Made by a program: the position numbers and the translations under genes. The notes below the pieces were generated by a model, which had not been told where the DNA came from, searched no databases, and saw nothing but the letters and a program-made list of their open reading frames with translations. This document shows positions 27,801 to 35,700 of a stretch of DNA of 58,917 nucleotides, piece by piece. The stretch's first letter is position 1, and every line of letters starts with the position of its first letter. The DNA is from Candidatus Aenigmatarchaeota archaeon (lineage in GTDB: Archaea > EX4484-52), in the NCBI GenBank assembly GCA_023137195.1, contig JAGLPV010000012.1, positions 1 through 58,917 on the forward strand. The letters run 5' to 3'.

Positions 27801-30479
27801 CCTCAACCAGGAGACATACCTTCTTTGTTTAAAGACTTTGCCGGATTCATCGGGGATAGAACGACCCCTGATGAACTGGATGATGTAGAGCAAATTCCAG
27901 AGCATAATTCAATTAAAGATTCTTTTGGTAAAGTGATTGGTAAAATAAAAGGAAGACATAAAGACCCGAAAAATGTGGAATACTGGGATGAAATGGAGGG
28001 GGGATTAGAAAAAAATCCCGGATTATTGAACAATTTGTACAATCGCCTTCCTGATGGGTTGAAGAAGAAAAGTAAGGGATTTGCCAGATTCCTACCTGGA
28101 GGAAAGGAGGGAAACGAAGAGGATGCTTCGCCGGAAGACAGGAGTGAAGAACCACTGGTTCATAATGTTCCTGTGGAGGATAGTGAAGGTAATACTACAT
28201 ACAAGAAAGTTCTTTCAAGGAGGGCCATAGATAATCTCCGCGAGCGTGCAAAAGGAGACCTACTGATTGCTGCCAAATTGGATATTATAAAAGGAGGAAT
28301 TATTAATCGTGGTTTAGACATTGAAGGGGCGATTAAAATAGTGACAGGAAATAGATTAAACGAAAAACATATAAACATTTCTCCTCCTGTGGTACGAAGA
28401 AGAATAAACGCCTTTCGTAATATAGCTTTAAGAGAACTTTTAGAATCTGGTGTCGATGGGTCAAGGGGTAGGACTAGAGAAAATCAAAAACAAGGACAGG
28501 GGGAGTTAAACAATGTTCCGGATGTTTTGAATGAACAATATAGTAAAGGACTTGCCTTACCACATATTCTATGGAAAAAGAAGAAGAATAAACCCATACG
28601 TACGTACGGAAGCATAACCGAACCAATAGAGAAAAAGCAAATAGAATATAATGAAACAGACTTGGATTCTGTAGAAGACAGGATGGAAAAGCAAGACACA
28701 GAAGTATATGAAGAAATGCAGGATAGACGCAAAAGAGATAAGGAATTTTTGCCCGATGTAAAAGAATTAGGAATATCAAGAAAAGGATTAATTTCAAAAG
28801 AAAAAAAGCAAATAGAAACTATGCCTGACGAATCAAGACAGATCACAGATAAGTTCTTTGGTAGTGAGAAAGAAAGAAAAAAGGATGTGTCTGATGCGGT
28901 TTTTGATTCAGATTATTTAGATGACATAGAAACGGAGTATGTAAAGGAAACTAATAAAAAAGAGGATAAAAGACTAGTCCAGTTGAGAGAAGAGAAAGTA
29001 AAGTTGGATGGTGGTGGACCGTTGACTCGTTGGTACAACAACCATGTTCCTCGTATTTTGAAGAAAAAAAGAATTAGGATGGTGGGATTTATAGAGAAGA
29101 AAGAAAGAAACAATGAGTCTATCCCAGAGGGGTTGGATAGATTAGAACAAAATAAGGCATCCGAATTATCGATTGACGAATACAAAAAAAGATACAAAAA
29201 GGGTTTTCTGGATATAGAACACCAATATTTGAATCATCCTACCGGGAAAAAAACATGCATTGCCCTGAGCAATTTAAGGGATGTTTTAATAGAGGAACTG
29301 TATAAATACACCATATACTTGGCAAGGAAAGAAAATCCTAGTTTCCCTTCAAAACTGCCTATGGCAATTATTGCATTTGGGGGAGATGGCAGAAGAGACA
29401 TATGTCCTTTTTCTGATGTAGATATTGTCTTTTTGTATTTTTCTAAAGAAAAGAACAAATACTACAAGGAATGCAGAGCAGTAGAGAATGTTATGGTTAA
29501 ATATTTAGGCACTATCGGATACGGGCTAGGAAAATGTGATTCTCAGTTAGATTATGTTTCAGGTACGAATAATTTTAAAGAAATAAAAGAACGCATATAT
29601 GATTCTTCCGTAAAAACTGCGCTTGTCGAAACAAGATATCTTTGTGGAGATAAAACTTTAGGGGATGATTTTGAGGAATTTAAAAATAATAATATATATC
29701 TAAATTATAGTGATGCATATTATCATTTGCTTAATTTACTCCATTATATAAAAGACGATTCTTTTGAGAAGAATAATATAATTCATCTAAAAGGAGGGGT
29801 TGGATTAAGAGCAATACATCACTTGTGCTGGTGCTTGGCAGGATTATACAATATCAGGCAAATAGGAGTAAATAAAATCCTGAAGCATGCCGCAGAAAAA
29901 AATATTATCACAAATAGCGAATGCAATTTTTTGATTAATTTTTATGAATACCTTTTGATAATAAGAAATGATCTCCATTATTCTCACATGCGTGAACATA
30001 ACAAGATTAATAACTCCGATGCGGAAAAGAAGAGTCAATACTATTCTAAACAATATTTCCGGCATATTGATTATCTAAAATCTCATTTCGGGCAGGTCAA
30101 GAAGGTTTTAACCACAATATATAAAAGACTGCACGAAAATATAAAGAGCGAAAAAGATACGAAAAGACCGCTTGTAAAAAATACTGGTGTGAAACTGATT
30201 GAAGAGCCAATAGAACTTGACCAAGGCAAACTTGCCCTGCATGAAAAACATGGAATGGCATTGTATAAAAATCAGGAAAAAATAGACAGCAATGAAAAGC
30301 ACATAGATGAATTGGATCTTTTTGAAAGACAGGCAAAAGAGACTTACAGAGGGGAAAATACGAGTCCTGAAGCATTGTTTTCCGGAACAAAAAAGAGAAG
30401 GGAAGAACTTGAAAAGGAGCTTTTGAAAGACTGCATAGAGCTTATTGAGGAAATAGAGAGACAGACGGTGAAAAATTAG
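24876..30479 (+). CDS. Giant multidomain protein 3 (1867 aa): coiled-coil N-terminus, long HEAT/ARM-like solenoid, C-terminal GlnD-like nucleotidyltransferase
   Basis: ATGA overlap with gene 2; HEAT-like ENQDVRSVAA, DKNEDVRNNA, DEDVEVANRA; AIIAFGGDGRRDICPFSDVDIVFL, ETRYLCGD, LKGGVGLRAIH, YEYLLIIRNDLH. Confidence 0.9.
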   Translation: MKSTTVDEINWLLIKLEKEFSKVNENIRKTEDVQVEVQNKKEMKKLDDSLKELKETKLKLEKTMHKCWKAGELLEERDKLKDELEKFPKESPGFSEKKEELKQKQHEIDEFKGKEGWHFSRLPSIFGELGHKLSGKPGKKYSEPVKIVPENITQLIKQLEGRDTTKAGEAALLIEKMAKRLPGEIKYKILPALKPLGEFVRKGKDEKALLNVAYALERISSMPSNEKYTDEFIPIIEPLSCSLKPKGNPKICKRIISALVHISCKLRGDKQERMIDVLPVLVRLIRHGTEEERSSARELFEIIILYVPLEKADVLVGSVKELNNLLRVENQDVRSVAATLAIHTIKRIPLDNRDILSVIKNFDVSREDKNKAVRNYARLLYNMDSNALYWQGIETRKSESPKNMDEAIRMLEKDSETCNYACSWIWREEQKKSAETEHLLIPVVHPLVGVLHTKKEPYIINVVARILHKIITKLPDDRKEIFIKEYVFLGDLLESHKMPKNRRAAAGLIKDIIEYIPDRYFEKLSLKGGLFGMTSDGDIEVRLYAKEAWRIRDNRLPGLKLEKHTEKSGANDKEEYSLGSVEDKLEKQVIKKISVRVRDKLKDKDTKGYTKEDVEQLIKIACLDKEDTSIRIRALSVIGLTADSSTAIETALNLFNDKNEDVRNNAIASIKSMVLNIDVFGDDETRATVHAIAPLCVVIKGENKKARYNAIRSFSSIVEKLPEDKKAELIPSIDLFLGRLNRKKEPDNNMRANCAGVLVQLASRLPEYEKATAETDRLIEIIKEKREFIDVYRDVLHVLSVLSFQLPSNNMHKYIPITEELFGIIYRNNVYIKESDNEKKRIASTNHAVVILCHMIEKLPEDKKEKFFSLIDGRLSMLLEKGNVSGLRKIAAELIELMAKHLSGKYREKYPLSVEELIKLTKDEDVEVANRAQIVRSFLAGGGNKGLLDDVRGEEGKKTGRKKPGKKGFVGRPRLPQPGDIPSLFKDFAGFIGDRTTPDELDDVEQIPEHNSIKDSFGKVIGKIKGRHKDPKNVEYWDEMEGGLEKNPGLLNNLYNRLPDGLKKKSKGFARFLPGGKEGNEEDASPEDRSEEPLVHNVPVEDSEGNTTYKKVLSRRAIDNLRERAKGDLLIAAKLDIIKGGIINRGLDIEGAIKIVTGNRLNEKHINISPPVVRRRINAFRNIALRELLESGVDGSRGRTRENQKQGQGELNNVPDVLNEQYSKGLALPHILWKKKKNKPIRTYGSITEPIEKKQIEYNETDLDSVEDRMEKQDTEVYEEMQDRRKRDKEFLPDVKELGISRKGLISKEKKQIETMPDESRQITDKFFGSEKERKKDVSDAVFDSDYLDDIETEYVKETNKKEDKRLVQLREEKVKLDGGGPLTRWYNNHVPRILKKKRIRMVGFIEKKERNNESIPEGLDRLEQNKASELSIDEYKKRYKKGFLDIEHQYLNHPTGKKTCIALSNLRDVLIEELYKYTIYLARKENPSFPSKLPMAIIAFGGDGRRDICPFSDVDIVFLYFSKEKNKYYKECRAVENVMVKYLGTIGYGLGKCDSQLDYVSGTNNFKEIKERIYDSSVKTALVETRYLCGDKTLGDDFEEFKNNNIYLNYSDAYYHLLNLLHYIKDDSFEKNNIIHLKGGVGLRAIHHLCWCLAGLYNIRQIGVNKILKHAAEKNIITNSECNFLINFYEYLLIIRNDLHYSHMREHNKINNSDAEKKSQYYSKQYFRHIDYLKSHFGQVKKVLTTIYKRLHENIKSEKDTKRPLVKNTGVKLIEEPIELDQGKLALHEKHGMALYKNQEKIDSNEKHIDELDLFERQAKETYRGENTSPEALFSGTKKRREELEKELLKDCIELIEEIERQTVKN

Positions 30480-30487
30480 TATGAAAT

Positions 30488-32488
30488 ATGATAAAGGCAA
30501 AAAATGCGTTGAATAATAATATGAGGGAAGGAGAAAAAATAAGAGAACTGTCGAACTTGAGAGATATATTATTGGACTTGAGAGATAAAGGACATGTTGA
30601 TAAAGCAGGAAGAGTAGTATTGGAAAATATTGAAGCCAGACTGAAAAGACCAAACGTAGAAATAAGCGCAGATGAAATACACGGATTTTACGAGCAGGTT
30701 CTCCGGCTTAAAAAGGAGAAAGGAAGTGTAACGAAGAATGAGTTGGTAGAGGAAGCAAAGGGATATGCAGGTGGAATGGAGATTAGATCGAAGGGAGACA
30801 ATAACTTTGGAATTGAGATGAAGGCAAGGCAATTAAAAGACTGGACGAAGTTTGATTGGAAGGACCCAGGAAATTTATTTGAGAATATTATCAAACGTTT
30901 TAAAAATAGTAAAAAAATTGAAATTGATAAAGAAGAACTTGGGTATTTAGATGGTAATACAGCTAATATTAATTCAATAAATGAAGAATTAGGTGAAGTA
31001 GTGCCAGAGTATACGAATTTAAAATCAAAATGGATAAAGTTTTTTGGTGAAGACAACGAAGCGAGATTGAATCAATTAAAGAAAGAAAGGCAATATGGTT
31101 TTTCAAAGGAAGATTTAGATTATTATTATGGTGTTTTACAGAACAAGGAAACTGGTCCATTGAACCCAGAACAGCAAAGAAAAAGGAGAGAATACAACAA
31201 CAGGATGAAGGACAATTTAGGTGATAAAGATTACGAGGAATACCGTACATTGGTGCGTGATAAAAATGCTCTTTTACCAAAAAATAAGGTTCATGATTAT
31301 CACTACCTAGGTGGAAGAATCGGTGAGTTGTTACGACGGAGAGAAGAACAATTAACTGGGCAAAGAGCCATAACATCAAAGATAATCAAAAAACAATCCA
31401 TTCTTGAAGAATATAAGAAGCAATACATAAAGGGTTTTTTGAATGTAGAATATGATTTTTTAAAACATAATACCGGATTCGAGACGTGCTTTGCTATGAG
31501 TCAGTTGAGGGATATTCTTATTACTGAATTGTATACTCTTGCAGTCTTAAACATGCAGAAGACAGATAAATCCTTTCCAGCTAATCCGCCTATGGCAATC
31601 CTTGTTTTTGGCGGATGCGGGAGAAGAGAGGTATCTCCATTTTCAGATGTCGATATTTTCTTTCTTTTCTTCAAAAAAGGAGAAGTTCCGGAGGAATGCG
31701 AACTTGTAAGGGATATGGTCTGCAATTATATGCGGCTTATTGGTCATGGTATGGAGGCTGTCGATGATTTAGCAATAAGGGGGCTACAGGGTGTTGAGGA
31801 TCAGAGCGACTTAATTAAAAGAATGAAATTATTGGGGAAGGATGTTTCTGAAAAAAGCAAATACAATGGATGCAGATATATTTGTGGAGATAAAAATATA
31901 TGGAATAGCTACAATAAATTACAGGATGAATATCTCAGCATGACTTTGGAGGATGGAAAAAAAACATTAGAAAATTTGGATTCCTATTTGCGACAAAATG
32001 CATTTACCGATATTAAACACGAGGAAGAATGGAAATATAATATAAAAAAGAGTTCCGAGGGGCTAAGAACAATACAGGTACTTTGTTGGGCACTAAAAGG
32101 GATTTGTGACATTAGAAAAAGATCTGTGGCGGAGATATTAGATGAAGCAATGGATAAGAATGCAATTTCTCATGAAGAGAGAGGCATATTAATAGAATGC
32201 TATGATTTTAATCTAAAATTGAGGAATGAGATACATTATCTTTATATGAAAGAGCATGAAATGCTTTTGAGCGAGGATTTGAAAAAAAGAAGTGAGGGTT
32301 TTGGAAAGCAGTACAAGTTGTTGTTGGGACAATTGTCTTCTCATTTTGACAGGGAGAGAAAAGTTGTTGGTGTGATTGCTGAGAGGATTAGAGGAGGGGC
32401 AGGAGTGGGCGAGACTGATGAAGAATTGAAGAAAAAAATAAGAGAAAAAACAGAAAAATGCATAGGTTATATAAAAAGTATGGTCTAA
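30488..32488 (+). CDS. Cluster protein 4 (666 aa): helical N-terminal half plus a second GlnD-like nucleotidyltransferase
   Basis: AILVFGGCGRREVSPFSDVDIFFL, CRYICGD, YNIKKSSEGLRTIQVLCW, YDFNLKLRNEIHY; paralogous to 29170-30140. Confidence 0.88.
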   Translation: MIKAKNALNNNMREGEKIRELSNLRDILLDLRDKGHVDKAGRVVLENIEARLKRPNVEISADEIHGFYEQVLRLKKEKGSVTKNELVEEAKGYAGGMEIRSKGDNNFGIEMKARQLKDWTKFDWKDPGNLFENIIKRFKNSKKIEIDKEELGYLDGNTANINSINEELGEVVPEYTNLKSKWIKFFGEDNEARLNQLKKERQYGFSKEDLDYYYGVLQNKETGPLNPEQQRKRREYNNRMKDNLGDKDYEEYRTLVRDKNALLPKNKVHDYHYLGGRIGELLRRREEQLTGQRAITSKIIKKQSILEEYKKQYIKGFLNVEYDFLKHNTGFETCFAMSQLRDILITELYTLAVLNMQKTDKSFPANPPMAILVFGGCGRREVSPFSDVDIFFLFFKKGEVPEECELVRDMVCNYMRLIGHGMEAVDDLAIRGLQGVEDQSDLIKRMKLLGKDVSEKSKYNGCRYICGDKNIWNSYNKLQDEYLSMTLEDGKKTLENLDSYLRQNAFTDIKHEEEWKYNIKKSSEGLRTIQVLCWALKGICDIRKRSVAEILDEAMDKNAISHEERGILIECYDFNLKLRNEIHYLYMKEHEMLLSEDLKKRSEGFGKQYKLLLGQLSSHFDRERKVVGVIAERIRGGAGVGETDEELKKKIREKTEKCIGYIKSMV

Positions 32489-32749
32489 TTCGTCAATGCA
32501 TGAACCTAAGGGAGTTATAGAAGGATGAGTTGTTTAAAAAACAAAAAAAGCATATAAATTTATATAGCATATATTTATATATTATTGATTTGGAGAATAT
32601 AATGGAAAATGCTTGGATTAATGGTGATCGTCTTTCTGCGTTCATTTTATTTATCCTGGAAAAATTAAAGGAGGGTTCTGGTGGATTAAATGAAATTATA
32701 TGCCTTATGCAATTAGGTGAATCAATAAATTAATTTTACAGATATTAAT

Positions 32750-35700
32750 ATGAGTCAAGAAAAAAAGGACACACCAAAAGAACGTCAAAGAAAAGAGGAT
32801 ATACTAAAAGGATTCGAAAAATTAGCCAGCGAATTGGGGGGATTAAATAAAGAAGTAAAGCATGGCAAAACAATTCCAGATTCAGGAATTAAAGTTTTAG
32901 ATGGGATTAAAAAAGAATTAGAAGAGTCACTACACTCAGATTATGTTGTGGATGTGGCACAGGTCCATAATTTTTGCACTGTAGTTGAAAAAATAAAAAG
33001 CTCTCAGAAAATATACGAGGATGTTTTAAAGGAGGAAGGGATAACTCCGGCGAGGAAAAGATCATTCTGGGATAATCTTGAAAGAGGTGCTTTAAGAGGC
33101 GAAAAAATAGCCAAAAAGCCATGGAAGAACAAGACGAATTTAGACCTGCTGGAAGAGTCTATAGAAAAAAAAGAAGATTATCTGGCAAAAATCATAAGAC
33201 CTCAACAGAAGATTCCTACGGAGAGACAGAAGCATACTTTCTTTGATGCCCTGGAAACAGGACTAAGGAGAAAATTTCAAAAAATTAAGAAATCAGATAT
33301 TCCTCCAGGGGATAAATCAGAAGTTTCTCATTGGGATAAATTAGAAAGGAATCATGAAAGACATGGGGGAGAAAAGCCAACTGAAAAGTCGGTTGCCATG
33401 AAAGGAGGCAAATACTCGCCTGAAGAATTAAAGCGGTGGGAAGATATTACCTCATCGGATGATAAAAAGAGTTGGGGTGCCTTGATGGAGGATTTGCACA
33501 AGCAGGGTCATATAGCTGTTTTTGGAGGCGATGCAAACATGCCTGAAAAAGACGTGGAGGAGAATGCAAAGCATAAGGCTGTGAAAATATTAGATAAAGA
33601 AAAAAATATTGATGATAGCGGAATTACAGGAGATGCATTCAATACACTCAACAGTATTGTTCACAGAAAAGAGGTGTCCGGGGATACAATCAGTCAGGCA
33701 GGTTACAGGAAATTAAAATACAAATACAAAAACATAGAGAACGATTGCATCCAGTTTGATTTTGCTTATGCAGATAACGGTGGATTTGCAGGAAAGGTCA
33801 TTGCATATAAGCCTTATTTCAAGTATTTTGGCTACTCAATTCATAATTTTGTAGGGGATAGAGGGAAGAGATTTTTGGAAGAATGTACAGCCATTAGAAA
33901 AAAACACCAAGAATTTTCTGGTGATTTAGAAACAGAATTGCCAATGATTAAAGAATGGATTGATTCAGGGAAGAAAATCCATTCTAAAACAATACCTGTG
34001 CCACTTAAAATAAGTCCAATATCAGGCGGTTTCAGGAGACTTATGTTCATGTATTCTGTAGATATAAATGGAGAAAAGCATTGGCCTAATGTTAAATTCC
34101 CTGGAGATATTCCTATCAAAAGGGCATTACACATAGAAGATTTTCAAACTACTATTGACCTGATGCAAAAGTACAATGAAAAGATGTTTCCTCCTTTAAT
34201 TTATCTAGAATTACCTAAGGGAAAATACACATTATATGATGAGCAAAAAAAATATGATAAATATATCAATTTTAATCCAGGCATGTTATTCTTTTTTAGT
34301 CCGGAAGGTAGGAGATTAATAGATCTTTCTGTGAGTAGAGATCAAAAAGATAGGTTCATTAATAGAGAGTATATTGAGAAAGTGGCATCTCGAACAGGGC
34401 TTTCTTTTGAAACATTGACTGAAAGAATTGTGAAGGAACCATTTAGATTTTTAGCACATTGTCATATAAATAGATATTTTCTTGGCTCGTGGAGAGGAAC
34501 GGATTCACATTACGGTAATTTTTTTTTATCTGAAAAAGGAGAAATTTTCGAGGTATCTGATATAGGTCCTACTAGATATGCCGGAAATATAAGGATTAGA
34601 ATACAGGATGATATTAAAGATCTTCTTGAAGATGCGGATTCATTAGAAGATGTTCTGGAATATTTAAACATTCCGGGTGAAGAGATAGAAAAATATTCTC
34701 ATATGGCATTAAATGCATATTTAAGAACATTAGAAGAAGAAAATGCAAAAGATTTACGATCTTTGTTTGATGATGAAGAATCACTTCTCATTAATGAGAA
34801 GGATAGAAACTTACTGAAGAAGGAAAAAAAGGAGAATGAAAGAGAATTTAAAAAAGGCATTTGTTCTTTTTTAGAGAAAAATTTGGGCTCACTGAATCTT
34901 AATGGTGGTGTAAAGAAAAAGTGGTATAATCACTACGTGGGTGAAATAAAAAAAACAGATGAGCCATGGGATTTAGATAAAATAGAAGCTGAAATTCAGG
35001 AGAGGTTTCAAAATAATAAATTTTCTGAAGAAGAATTCAAACAACGCATAGTTAGAGATGAAAGAGAAGCAGGCAGAAGTGGCGAAGGAAAAGAAGGTGG
35101 TCCTAAGTTCAAAGAGCCAAAAGAACTTGTCAAAAAGATGCCTTGGGAGATAGAAGAGAAAAAGCATTTCATTAAAGTGTTTGTTCCGAAGTTTTCAATA
35201 AAATTTAAGGAAAAGAAAAAAGAAGTCGGGTTGGGCCAAAAAGCAGAATTTGTTTTTGTGGTAGAGGAATTAAGCAATAAAAAGCAGAAGGTTGAATTAA
35301 AGTCAAAATCAGCAGATGTGCGTGTTGAGACAAAACTAAAAAGGCTGGGAGAAGAACAAGAATACGGAGCCGTATATTGTGAACTTAGAGAAAAAGAAAA
35401 AGCAGAATTTGTCTTGGCAGCGTATTGCGAGGAAGAGATAATTGCAGAACTTCTTATTGGAGGAAAAAACGAGGATGGTTTTACAGCGTACGACACAGCA
35501 TGGCTTAAAATCGGAAGAGAAAAGATATCTTATGAAGGGAAGAAGCTATTGCCTGAAAAAGAAAAACCAGAGATAACACGCGAGGAATTAGAGAAAATCG
35601 AAGAGGGCATGGAAAAGGAAGGAGAATTGCCTCCTGGGATAACAACTGAAGAATTAGAGAAAATCGGGGTTTTGAAGAAAAAGAAGTTGCCTGAAGAGAG

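Noticed and set aside
19200-29110. KKG/RKA motifs as true class III (prepilin) signal peptides
   Set aside because: They are internal and lack the ~20-residue hydrophobic stretch; kept only as a linker-motif observation
24876-32488. Assigning the gene symbol glnD to cluster genes 3 and 4
   Set aside because: HD and ACT domains are absent and the modules are fused to unrelated regions; homology is domain-level only
32530-32733. 67-aa ORF between cluster genes 4 and 5
   Set aside because: TTG start, spans TATA-like AT tracts and has no recognisable features; a shorter peptide from about 32602 cannot be excluded
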